Assembly: GCA_021613535.1 (NCBI GenBank) | Contig: CP075493.1 | Location: forward strand, 17,050,001-17,114,000 | Direction of reading: 5' to 3' | DNA length: 64,000 nucleotides | DNA from: Adineta vaga | Taxonomy: Eukaryota > Animalia > Rotifera | The notes under the pieces: generated by a model | Database searches by the model: none | Told to the model about the DNA's origin: nothing | The model's input: the letters and a program-made list of their open reading frames with translations, nothing else | Program-made: the position numbers and the translations under genes | Shown here: piece after piece, positions 27,491 to 39,570 of the stretch | How the letters are laid out: every line of letters starts with the position of its first letter | Numbering within the stretch: position 1 is the first letter of the stretch

Positions 27491-28400
27491 TTAAACGTAG
27501 AGGTTTTTTATGTGTGATCTCGCGCAGTGGAGTAGTGTCAAACATTTAATTAATAAAAACTTTTCCACCACCTGCTTTTCGTCTAACACATTGATTAAAA
27601 CTAACATGCTCACATTATTGTCGAAAACGCCAACATCTCTGATCCGCCCAACCATTATAAACACATTCTTCACTCAAATACTTTCCATTATAAACAGCTG
27701 CATCACGAAAAGCTGGTTGTACCTGAATCAATGGATGATCATGTGGAATATTCCTTTGTTATTTATTGAAAATAATTTATTCATATTCGATTGCCAAGCA
27801 ATTGAAATCAAAGATGCTTGCCGAGAATATGCTATAAAATCAACTGACATTGTTGGTGATGCACGTTATGCCCAAAGATCATAATAAAAATCTGTTTGAG
27901 ATAAAATTATTGATTGTAAAGTTTGGCGATGAAACTTTATACTTAAATATAATTTTCATCGTTGATTTCCTACAGTATAAATATCAACATGTTTGGAATC
28001 ATTTAATGCCCATTGTTGAAGAAATCTTAATGTACCATCTTGAGAATCTGATTCACCTAGATAAATTTTATAATTTCCGAATGAACTTCCCATAGAAAGA
28101 ATATTATTTTGAAAATGAACAAGATCTTTTTCGACATTTCGACAACAAGCTGTTATGATTAACGTCAAATATGTTAAATTAACTTTATCAATGGTTATTA
28201 TTGGTGAAGGAATTAATTGATCATTTGATGATGTTTGATTATATTCCCAAAATGCTTTCGATATTATAATGGAGACACTTGAATAAGTCGATTATATATC
28301 TACGAATTATCATAATAATTAAGATCATAAACATTATCATTGATATCATACAATAATTCCTTACAATTTTTATTCGATAATTTAGTCGAGAAAATCTCAT
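27491..28400 (-). pseudogene. Glycosyltransferase (CAP59/GT-A-like) pseudogene
   Basis: IITACCRNVEKDL, IYLGESDSQDGT, YYDLWA*R, V(Q)PAF..AAVY motifs, with frameshifts. Confidence 0.6.
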
Positions 28401-28660
28401 TTTATTATTTAACCTATATTTTATTCTCGTACTTGATCAATTGAAATATGCAACGAACATATTATTTTATCTTAACATCGAATATAAAAACTGTCATAAA
28501 ACTTTCACCGATGTACTTTTTTTTCTTCTCTTATTTGCACGATTCATTGATTCATATACGTTCTCTTTCTTTCACACGTGATAGAAAATAAGTAACTAAC
28601 TACACCGAAGACTATTTTCATTAAATATTTATTTTACACTCTAACGATCGATCAGATACA

Positions 28661-28704
28661 TCTTGTGGGTGTGGGTGTTAGTATTAAATCTATCTAATAC
28701 CCAC
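28661..28704. repeat. Telomere-repeat junction element J
   Basis: TCTTGTGGGTGTGGGTGT-TAGTATTAAATCTATCTAA-TACCCAC. Abuts the start of the duplicated toxin 3' flank. Confidence 0.75.
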
Positions 28705-29065
28705 TATAAATATTATTTTGACTACTTTAGCTTTTTTGATTTTTTAGTTGCAATATTTTAAGCAGCTTCAAATTAAATAGTTTGTGCTCGTATTCATCAA
28801 ATGAAACTATTTTCGTTAAATTTTTTATTTGTTAATAAACTCATTGTTATAAGAACCACAATTTAAAGAAAACAATGTAGAGATATGAATACATTGCAAT
28901 TTCCTTATCCACTCAAAATAGAAAGTAGTTATTAAAATTATTCTAAGAGAAAGCATTGAATAAAAAAATAGGTTATTTTTAGGTTCTCATGCAAATAATA
29001 CACTATTTCGTACAACTAGTAGAGATAAATAATATTATAAATAAAGAAAATAGATTTGTTCGTCT

Positions 29066-32000
29066 CTATCCACTAATAACTTTAGTATTTCCATCTGGTG
29101 ATGACGTTATTGGTTTTGCAACTCCAAAAACAACATTAGCGTTACTGGCCATAACTCCTCTGTATGTACCGACTTGATTGTCTCTTGTATCTTCTGTACC
29201 ATCAGAATATTTAATAGTTAGATGAGATGTAAACGGAACTTCAACTGTTCCTTCTATAACAAACATTGATGCATCCATGGTCGAATTCGCTGGTACAACC
29301 ACTTCTAATGCATATTGGTTTGATTTTTCTTCAGTTGTTTGTGAGCCGTATGAAAATCCTACTGTGATACTTGCACTAACTTTCACTGTGCCTTCAGCAA
29401 GTATGGGAATTCCACATTTCAGTGTGGTCTCTACACCAACCTAAAATGGAAAGTATATAGTAATAAAAAGAAAAAATGTTCATGAACTTTGGATAATGCT
29501 ATCAGTTCTCATAAGGCATACGCTTGATGCATATATTTTAGTTTTTTATTCACTAGTTTAAAATTTCTACAAATATTCTAGCGACTTGTGTGGATTATAA
29601 TCTCAAAGGAAATGCTCATAATATAATAAATTATTTGGTCAAATATATGTTGTAATATATGAGAAGGAATTAAATACGGTACGAAAATATAAAGTTAACT
29701 GTAAGAACTCAGAAAATTTCTCTATGAGACATTTCAATCACTCGATCTAATCGAATAAGGATCTGGTTATCTAGCAATATCAGTCTAAAAAAACATTAGA
29801 AACTATTGGAAATATCGTCGATATGTATTATAAATGTGTGTGTGTGCGATGACTCTTCAATCGTTCATTATACCAATTAAATTCTATACTTTGATATAAT
29901 TGAGAAAAATTCTTTTAGTCTCTGAAGATTTCACTTACTGACAGTTCAGCTGAGAAAGTAAACGATTGAGTACGACTAGTTGTATAGGTAAATGCATAAG
30001 TTTGCTTTTGATTTAGTGGCGAATAATTTGTCAATACTGTGTTGAACACTGTTCGTGGAGTACCAGATTGTGTTATTTGAGCATTAGTTAAATCGTAAAC
30101 TACAGATGAAACAGTGTATTGTTGTTCTTCTTGAGTCCAATAAAATCTGATTTGATTGAGATAATTGCCAGATCTTCCACTTATATATGATAGGACATAA
30201 CCTGGATACTGTTCAACAAAATCCTTATTTGATGCGGCAGCACCACATCGAGGGCTTTTTCTTCCTTTGTTGGTAGTGAACATTAAGCCGCTCACAGCAG
30301 TGCCGACACTTCCTTCCACTTTTACAATCCGTTCATCGGCATCTATACTAAATTTACATTCGGATCCCCCAGTACCACCATGTTGCGATGCTTGACGTAT
30401 TATTCCACTAGCTGCTCCATAATTTATTTGAATAGCATCGATACTACTACCAGCTTTTATTATTATTAGTCTGGGAGTATATACTGCATCATAGCCAATC
30501 TCATCTATATCATTAAATGCATTGTCTGTATTGAAACCATGTGGATCACCTTTCAGTAGGTCCTTTAGCACTAAAATAAAAACAAATACAATAAACATAT
30601 TACGTATCGCTAATTATTACATTCATTTCTTATTTGTCATCTTTTATACAATATTAATTAAATATCAGATGATTATTAATAAGTACTAGTGAAAAATAAA
30701 ATTCATTCAGACTTACTTTGTGAACTATCACAGTATCCAGTCATGACACCAACTTCAGGGGTATCAGCTAATGCTGTTGTTAGTAAAAAGCATTTCTTTG
30801 CATTCTTAGCAGCACTTGCTGTATAATAGTTCCATACTTTGCAACTAGACATTTTGTCACATTCGCGCATACATGCTTCAGGGGATGCCTTGTCAACACC
30901 AGCATAACCATCCATCACTATTCCTCCTACAGTATTCATATTGCTCTTCATTTTTTTGCACGGTTGTTTAACAATATTTTCTAGAAACACAAACATAAAT
31001 AATTAAGATTCATTTTAAATTATTAACATTACTTAATACAAATATATTTTATGAACTATTAGAATAGGTATGGAAAAATAAATAGTTGAGATCCGTATTT
31101 TGATTAGAACTCATTTTTCTTTTCCATACAATTTTAGCTACTGACGACGAAAAACTACTTTTAAGAGTAAGATATGCTGATTTAGAAAGACGATGTTTGA
31201 AATCTTAATGACCAGAGTGCAAAGCGAATTCGTCTATCTGAAACACAGTTTTCATGTAACTACTATTATTGCTTACCAGGTTGTTTTTTTGCGTAGACAG
31301 AGAAGCCTTTTTGGTAATTTAGTGAAGGTTGACCACCATTGCACTCATGAAGATAACAATTTCCATTACTATTATCTATATCGAATGAATCGCAGCCTGC
31401 TTTTACATCACAAGCAGCTTTGCACCTAGCAAGACCCAGAGGGCCAGAACTGACTGTAAGAGGACACCTACTTCCATAAATATTGAAATCAGTCGCAATT
31501 AGCATGTAGTTGTCCGCTGAAGTAGTTACTAGAATAAAATGGATAATTAAAATTTAAAATCAATTGTATATGTACATGCAGGAAAAACAAGATTGCATTC
31601 TTCAGAATGGTGCTTCACATCGGGTATTTTGGATATGTGAAACTGCTGATATATATATGCACAACAGTGTGTAAAATATACCTTTAGTTTTTAAGCATAT
31701 ATACCTACGGCTTGCTTCGAAGCTGGAACATTATCGTCATCGTTCTCGTCTTGAGGGTGAGGATGAGGAGTGAAGGTGGAGATTAGTTCTACTACGTGAG
31801 AAATATCACATCTCCATCGTCCGTCTCCAAAAAAACCATCTACACTCACACCCACACCCATACCCTCAAATCGTTTTCATAAGATTTCTCTTACCTGTAG
31901 TAGTAGTAGTAGTAGTAGTCTTGTAGTATGCTTTTCTATTACTGCTTGGAGAAATATTCGGATATTCTGACGAACATTTCAGAAGATCACATCGAGTCGG

Positions 32001-32869
32001 ACTAACACTGTAGTTTATTCCATTACAATCAGTTGTTGACGAACACTTTTCTTTGCAAGCATCAACTGATAGTATATTGGTTATACCCCAAACAACAGAA
32101 GGACAAACTGCCAAACCAGACTCTGATAACGTCTTCCAACTATCACCTACAAATCAACAAAACAAGATCAAATAGAAATGTATATTATAAGTATTGCTGA
32201 AGTGTTGCATATGGAAGAGTAGACAATAGAATGTTATCGCCTCCTTTAACATGACTACATTGTCCGTATGATAATATCCGCACCGACACCCTCAACTGAA
32301 CTAGAACTTGTCACCCGTTGGAAACTAGTGAATCTTTGTATTGCTTTTTTTTCTCCAAATAACCCTTTCCTCCAGAGATCAATAGAATCAATCCTCAAAT
32401 AGTGCGTTTCTTATAGGTGATGATAAACTGTATTTGCGGGTTTGTTATTGCTCGGAAATTTGTGCCGGTGTGGAAAAATAATTTACTAGATCCAAGTCTG
32501 CATGGGTTATATTCATCGAAGATGCTAACTCAAGGAGGAAAAAGCGAAACTTCATATTTTAAATACTTCATTTCACGTCATCGATTCTTTGGATGAAAAA
32601 GGAAATGATCAATTTGAATGGAAAAACTTACCTGAAGAAGCACGCTCTTGCAATAATGTGCGAACTTCCTCGTTACTGTCTTCATCTTCAAGTGTCTGTT
32701 CTAGAACATGTCGCAATAACATATTTCTCTGCTTATTGTTGCCATACTTGTAACGATCACCTTGCCGACGTAGTGCTTCGATATAAGAGTCGTCTGTTGC
32801 AACTGACGAATGTTTCGCTAAAATTGCAACGAACACCATAATCACTATCACTATAGTGGATGAATGCAT
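29066..32869 (-). CDS. Secreted aerolysin/natterin-like pore-forming toxin: signal/pro exon, 3 PAN/Apple exons, jacalin lectin, aerolysin-type pore domain (6 exons)
   Basis: MHSSTIVIVIMVFVAILA signal; C-x3-C PAN motifs; jacalin GSSIDAIQ..HGGTGG..LMFTTNKGR; S/T-rich beta-hairpin TQSFTFSAELSVGVETTLKCGIP..VVPANS..VPFT. Confidence 0.85.
31749..31870. repeat. Junction element K inside a toxin-gene intron
   Basis: TCTTGAGGGTGAGGATGAGG ... ACACTCACACCCACACCCATACCCTCAAA. Confidence 0.8.
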
Positions 32870-33075
32870 TTGGTTGTTATTTTGGGTGAGGATATAAGAT
32901 AATGCGTCGATTGGTAGAATATCGTTAAATTTATACAATCGGTAAGTAAAGGTGCTCTTTCAACCATACCACGATGTTGTTTCAAAGGAAAGAAAAAGTA
33001 TTGCTAATTAAAATGCGCTGTCTATTCAACCAGAACTCGGTGTTGTTTCGCAAGATTAGAAAAAGGATATTTGTT

Positions 33076-33140
33076 GGGGTGGGTGTGGGTTTGGGTGTGA
33101 GGGTTTGATCGATGCAGTACCCACACCCACACCCTCAAGA
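33076..33140. repeat. Telomere-repeat junction element M
   Basis: GGGGTGGGTGTGGGTTTGGGTGTGAGGG-TTTGATCGATGCAGTA-CCCACACCCACACCCTCAAGA. Confidence 0.85.
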
Positions 33141-33734
33141 TCCTCGCTGAGATCCACATTAGAGCTGAGCATATAATAGAACACACGCCTTGTCCTGCAG
33201 ATAAGGGTTTCAGTTTTAATCCTGTCTTATCCGCTTCACAGGACGAGTGGGTCAGAGCAGTAGGCAGGGCAGGAGGAAAAAGTTTGTCCTTTGCTCACCT
33301 CTGACCAACATCCATTCCATGATAATACTTACTTAATTTGTCTCATTTTTGTTCTGAATTTTATCAGTTGAATTTGGATGATTATGGCATTTGCGATCAA
33401 ACATAATAGTGAGCAAAGTGTCCTTTCGAGCAACTGTCCTAAACCCATTTGCACATCAATCTCATTCATACCTTCAAGAAAAAAATTAAACTTAAAAGAT
33501 ATCATTAGATCATCTGTGTTCGTTATTTGATTATTTTTTGATACTGATGAATTGTTTTCAAATTCACTTGTATCCAATGGATCTTCCCAACATATTAAAT
33601 CACTATCATCTAGTTGTATATCGAGTTCATTACTTGAAGATAAAATATTATCTGATAACCGTTGATTGGTCACAAAAAGACATCTATAAAAGAGGAAAAA
33701 AAGAATATTATTTTAAAAGAAAGAATCAATGTAT

Positions 33735-34590
33735 TTACATATTCAGAATTAATGGAATGAGGGAAAGTCCAGCAGCTAATAGAAAAGTTAAATATGGTAG
33801 ATCGATAACAGTTAATGCATAGATCCAATTGAAAAATGCACTACCTAATATAGAACAACTTGTATATATAATTGCAATCAATGTAAATACTGTGCTAAAT
33901 TCATTTGGTTTTAACCATTCTGACATCATTGACCATGTTAATGAACTTTGATAATCTACAAATGGTACAATCAATAAGGTGATATATAATTGCCAATTTG
34001 TGTCGATAACCAATTGAAAGGAATGTCAAGTAAATACCAAAGTAAAATCGACCAAATCGCAGTATATGCCAATGAATAGAAAACATAGGAGAAAATAGTT
34101 AATAGAAGATTAATTGATTTCTTTTTCGATCGACCATAAAAACAATCCTTCAATTTCATTTTTGAACAACAACATGAATCTTTTATTTAAATATCATTAT
34201 ATAATTCTATCGATGATATTAATGGTGAATTAATTCTATTATAAGTATAGAATGTTGAGAAGAATATTTGAAAAAGAAAATAACAATAAATATTGATAAT
34301 AATTGTAATATAATTGAAAAGAAAAGTAAATCAGTAAAACTACGTCAAGTAATATAATAACCAATAATAAAATTTCTTATGAAGAGTTCCATCAGCACCA
34401 GTTAAATTAAGAATAAAAGCTGTAATATACCAACAATAAGTTTTTAATTGAAAATAAATAATCAATAACGAAATAAAAAGTTGAATCGATATACCAATCA
34501 TTGGTAAAATCAAAACAAATCTTCGACCTAATTTTGTCACATATAAACCTAATAAACAAGTCATAATAATCATTGGTATACTCTACTATC
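33735..34590 (-). pseudogene. MFS transporter (SLC46/PCFT-like) pseudogene
   Basis: LGRRFVLILP MFS motif, WYLLDIPFNW, GSAFFNWIY; fragmented by frameshifts. Confidence 0.65.
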
Positions 34591-34841
34591 GTTTATGTTA
34601 TCTAGTCAATGAAATAGGTGATTCCTCCTTTCCTTCATATGTATGCGAAGAAAAACTATCTACACAACACACACACGCAATATGAACAGAAGACAAACGT
34701 TCATTTTCTTGTCCTTTTTTTCTCGGCTTTTAGATAAGTTCTGTTACCAAAAGACAAAAAATTTCAAGATACTAGTGAACTGTATATCCTATGTGGTGTC
34801 GCTAATTTCTAATAGAAATTCAATTCTATTTCGAGAATACA

Positions 34842-35598
34842 ATGGGAAAATTAGATGGAAAAATAGCATTGATTACTGGTGGATCAGAAGGAATTGGTTT
34901 TGCAACAGCACAAAGTTTTATTATAGAAGGCGTTGAACATGTTTTTATTACGGGACGACGAAAACAAAAACTTGATGAAGCAGTGAAAAAAATTGGATCA
35001 AATAAAATAACAGCTACACAAGGTGATGCATCAAATATGGATCATCTCGATAAATTATTTGAGATTATTCGTAAGGAAAAAGGTCGTTTAGATATTATTT
35101 TTGCAAATGCAGCAAGTTGTTCATTTGCATTTTTTGGTACAATTTCAGAAAAACATTTTGATAATGGAATTTAATACGAATGTTAAAGGAGTTTTCTTTA
35201 CAGTTCAAAAAGCATTACCACTTTTAGTTGATGGAGCTTCTGTTATTCTTAATGGATCAAATTCTCCAAATAAAGGTGATCCTGAATTAACTGTTTATTG
35301 TGCAACAAAAGCTGCTTTACGTTCTTTTGCTCGTTGTATGACTGTGGATTTAAAAGAACGAAAAATTCGAGTTAATACATTAAGTCCAGGTGCAATTGAT
35401 ACACCTCTTTTAAGAACAATGGGTGGAAATGAACAAGAAATAGAAAAGAATCTTTTCATGTGGCAAGCAGCAACACCAATGAATCGTCTTGGAACACCTG
35501 ATGAAGTTGCTAAAGCTGTCGTTTTTCTCGCCTCAGATGATAGTAGTTATATTACTGGTATTGAATTATTTGTCGATGGAGGCTTATCACAAATTTAA
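34842..35598 (+). pseudogene. Short-chain dehydrogenase/reductase, intronless, single frameshift near 35168
   Basis: GKIALITGGSEGIG, YCATKAA, RVNTLSPGAIDT, FLASDDSSYITGIELFVDGG; bacterial-like sequence. Confidence 0.85.
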
Positions 35599-35671
35599 TT
35601 TATCTCTCTTAAACGTATAATAGAATTCGATGTCATTTATTTATCTTTATTAAAATAAAAACATATTCATA

Positions 35672-36944
35672 TTAATCATCATCTTCACTTTCACTCTTTT
35701 CTTCATTATCAATTGATGTTGGTAAAATGATCGGTTTTAAGTCTGGACTACCATCAAAAGAAGCGAATTCTTGAATTTCACGATATAAAGTTGATAGAAG
35801 TGTTCGTGCTTCTAAAATTGAATTTTGTAAATGAGATGATGGTGATTGTTGAAAATCATTTGAAAATGGAAATTTCAATGCATGAACATTGTGAACAGCT
35901 GTTGCAGTATTCTTTGGTAAATTACAAAAACCTTGTCGACCACTTGTAAAATGATACATTCCACCACGTAAACGTAATACAAGATACAAAGTAGTCTCCC
36001 TTTCTATAGAATAATCTGAAAGTGTTTTACCATCTTCTAATTGAATACCACGATTTATAAGACGTTGTTGATCGGAAGGAATTCCTTCTTTGCCCTGAAT
36101 TAATTCGCGAACAGTAGCTATATCCATTTCTGAATTGACATTTAACGTAAGATCTTTTCCAGTTAGCGTTTTTATGATTAGTTGAAAATATGAAATATTT
36201 GAATGAATATCAGAATCCTTGAAAAAGAAATATGAATGAGTATTTAAAAAGAAAGAAGAAAGGTTCGTTTACATTTTTATTGATTCTTTTTACCATAAGA
36301 ATCCAATTTTTTTGATATAATTCTGCTAATAAGATTGTATCTTCTAATTTTATTGATTTTCCTTCAATCCAATTCTTTTCATTTGGTCTTATATTTCCTT
36401 CAATTTCACATTTTTTCAATTGAATATCATCAAAATTTCGTTCTTCTTTTAATTTCATTTTAATTTTATTCATATTATCAGTTAGAAGAACATTTAATGT
36501 AATCCTTCTTGGTAAGAGATCTTCATAATATCCAATCCATAGAATAATTTCTACGTATATAACAAATACACATTCATGATCAAATTTTGAAACAGTTGAT
36601 TTTAATTCACATTCATTTAATGGTGAAATATTCTTGTCTTTTATTATTCCAATTTTAATCAAGTCTTGTAAATATTTTGGAACATAATCTTTTTTATATT
36701 TTCGAAGTATTTTCTCGATTAATTCATGATCCATGTATTTCTTAGTTGTTCGATTTCCATATGGATCAATAAATATAAATGAACGAGATTTGATTTGATT
36801 TTCAACTTTTTTCTCAATTTCATATCGACTGGAAAGAATATTTTCCATTCGAATCATTTGATTTTGAAGATTTTGAACTTGATATACTAAATCTTCGTAA
36901 ACAAATGATGTTGCCGTATTTGGAATTACTGCACTAGTTGCCAT
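35672..36944 (-). CDS. Ubiquitin-like domain protein (2 exons)
   Basis: [10 protein letters not shown]...[27 protein letters not shown]...LVLRLRGG followed by a C-terminal extension. Confidence 0.8.
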
Positions 36945-38045
36945 TTGATGGATATCTAAAAGAAATTTCATGACTTAATTTCATTTTAACGAACGATATT
37001 CACTCGAATTGATTCATTTAACAAAATGACTCAAATTCGACTATAATGATACTTTTTATTATATATCGATTCATAGAAATCGTTGACTTATTCAGTATTT
37101 TTTAACCTATAATTTCGTAGATATGAAGTAAATAAAAAATATAATTATATAGTTACTATTGATGTAGAAAGAAGACGAAAAAACCAAGTTACGATATGCA
37201 ATCAAATGAGTAATGGGTAAAAAAAAATGTTTTATATATGTAGTACATAGTTCGAATGAAGTCATCAGTACATTTACAGAAAGAAACGATGTGAGTCATG
37301 GTGTTTGTGATGTATAAGGTATAGTCCTTTACATAAGAACTTTTCCATATACATTCTATATGTGTTTTTCTTTCGTTCTTGTTTTTTTCCTATACATGCA
37401 TATGAGTGAGTTGCAACTTTATTGTACGATTGATTTTTTGACGTGTTTTGCTTTTAACTCCAGTTCTTGTTGACCGATTTAAACTTTTTTTGTTTTATTT
37501 TACTTCTTACCTCATGCTCGTACTGCCATATAATTTCCGAGTCTCTACCTTGCACATTCGTGGAGATATTCGCATTGGAGAACAAAAAAGAAACATTTTT
37601 GGATGACTCATCCAAGCTGAAACTAATTTTTCGAGCAAGGAAAGAGGAATAAAACAGAAAATAAATAGGACGTTTTGTAGAGTAATTTTCAGGCTATCGA
37701 AACATATGATTCATAAATTCATTTTATTTTATTTTTGTGATCCTTTATAGAGGTAATACTTTTACACACACATGTAGCTCCAGACGAAAACCAGCACTGT
37801 CAAATTACAGAAACCAGTTTTGGAAAAAAAGAATCTATCACAAGATAGAGTGTAAAAAACTCTGTCGAAATAGCCTAAAATATTCTAAAAAAAATTCTTT
37901 TTACGGCAAGAAAAACACAGAAACCCTTGTTGTCACTCACTTTGCAGCACTAGATTTTCGGAAGTTTTTTATCAATAGCTTTTGATGTACTTGTCCGATC
38001 TTGTTCAAGCTTTTACCCAAAAAGTTAGTAAACAAAAAGTTCTTC

Positions 38046-38429
38046 CCAAGGGGGAAAAAGCGAAAAGTCGGTACTTCAGTATACTCTTTGTACTCCCACG
38101 ATAAATTATAAGTATTCTTGAGAGGTTTTTCAGTATTTTCAAGCCCACCGGTGATCAGTGTTACAGTGCACCCGCTGGAGTACAATGCAAATAAACCTAG
38201 CGAATAAAAATATTCAAATACTCCATGATACTTCGAAACTGGAGTATTTTGGAGTATTTGAGGCTTTCTGCTCGCTAGTGTTAGTTACATTGTACTCCAG
38301 CGAGTGCGCTGTAACACTGGCCACTGGTGAACTTGAGAACACTAAGAAAAATGTCAAGGATACTGATAACTTATCGAGGGAGTACAAAGAGTATACTGGA
38401 GTACCGACTTTTCGCTTTTTCTCCCTTGG
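38046..38429. mobile_element. Foldback MITE with CCAAGGGGGAAAAAGCG TIRs (copy 2)
   Basis: Inverted near-identical copy of 14174-14555. Confidence 0.85.
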
Positions 38430-38724
38430 ATAATAATTAATTGTAAGTGGGCGTATATTCTGATTCCCGGATTCTGATTACATTTTGGTCAAGTTTTATG
38501 GGAAACAATATCCTTTTTTCTCACATTATTCTCGGAGCCATCAACGAATTGTGAACACAGAAGCAAGCAGACGATTTATGTTTGCTGGAGTATTCTCTAC
38601 GAGAAAGAGAATTACATATTTGTTTGCTCCTTAATTATCTTCTTCCGTACGATGCAGCCTATTGTTGACTTGTGATATTCTTGGTAGATACATTCGATCA
38701 ATCATCCAGCAACACAAAGCTATA

Positions 38725-38744
38725 CTCACCGGCACACCTCAAGA
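38725..38744 (-). repeat. Degenerate half junction N upstream of the NNT gene
   Basis: CTCACCGGCACACCTCAAGA. Confidence 0.5.
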
Positions 38745-38824
38745 CAGCAAAAAATCTCTCTCTCTCATCGTGCATAAAAAAAAACATTTTTCTCATAGAT
38801 TCTTCCTTGCGTGACGATTAACGT

Positions 38825-38833
38825 ATATATAAG
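38825..38833 (+). promoter_or_regulatory. Putative TATA box of the Cys-rich gene
   Basis: TATATATAAG about 100 nt upstream of ATG 38926; AATAAA near 39735 downstream. Confidence 0.45.
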
Positions 38834-38925
38834 ACCGAAGCACAAGTATAGATTCATACTATTTACATAGTTACTCATATTCATCGATCATCCTGCCTTC
38901 AAGCGTTGAGCAATAACAAACGACA

Positions 38926-39570
38926 ATGCAGAAAATCAACCAAATGATTTGTTTAATCGCGCTCTCGGTTTTCGTAGCTACAATATACATGCCACAGGCG
39001 GTGGCACTTTTTCCTAATTGTGGTTTTGATGATACTGATTGTTGTGCTGGTTGTACTTGTCGTTATGGTATTCCTCCTAATGATGTTCCTTATAGTTCTG
39101 TTGCTTCTCCTGCTCATTATCGTGATCCGAAGTATTATGCTGCTTTTATTAATGGCGGTGTTTGTCGTGGTAATAATGGTAATCGTAGTTGTCCTATTTG
39201 TGTTCGTAGTGGTGATAATTGTTCTGTTGATGGTCTTGACTGTTGTTATGGTAGTTGTGTTAATGGTCGTTGTACTCGTATTGCTGATGTTTGTTATGGT
39301 AATGGTGGTTCTTGTTTTGATTTTGATAATAATTGTATTATTGGTAGTAATTATGCTTGTTATGATTTTAATCGTCGTGTTGGTGTTTATCCTATTAATA
39401 TTCCTTGTTGTCCTACTAATTATTATCGTGATTATATTCCTGCTCGTAATCCTACTGGTGCTCTTATATATGAAGCTTATTGTAATGCTGGCCCTGGTGA
39501 TGGTAGTGATGCTCCTCCTTTTCCTAATTATAGTGGTGAAGTTGGTTATTGTAAGTTCAAATATTTTTAA
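38926..39570 (+). CDS. Secreted Cys/Gly/Tyr/Asn-rich protein with an almost pure NNT codon body
   Basis: Signal peptide at aa 1-27; knottin-like C-x6-C-x6-CC-x3-C-x4-C motif (CVRSGDNCSVDGLDCCYGSCVNGRC); intronless; 176/187 mature codons end in T. Confidence 0.85.
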   Translation: MQKINQMICLIALSVFVATIYMPQAVALFPNCGFDDTDCCAGCTCRYGIPPNDVPYSSVASPAHYRDPKYYAAFINGGVCRGNNGNRSCPICVRSGDNCSVDGLDCCYGSCVNGRCTRIADVCYGNGGSCFDFDNNCIIGSNYACYDFNRRVGVYPINIPCCPTNYYRDYIPARNPTGALIYEAYCNAGPGDGSDAPPFPNYSGEVGYCKFKYF

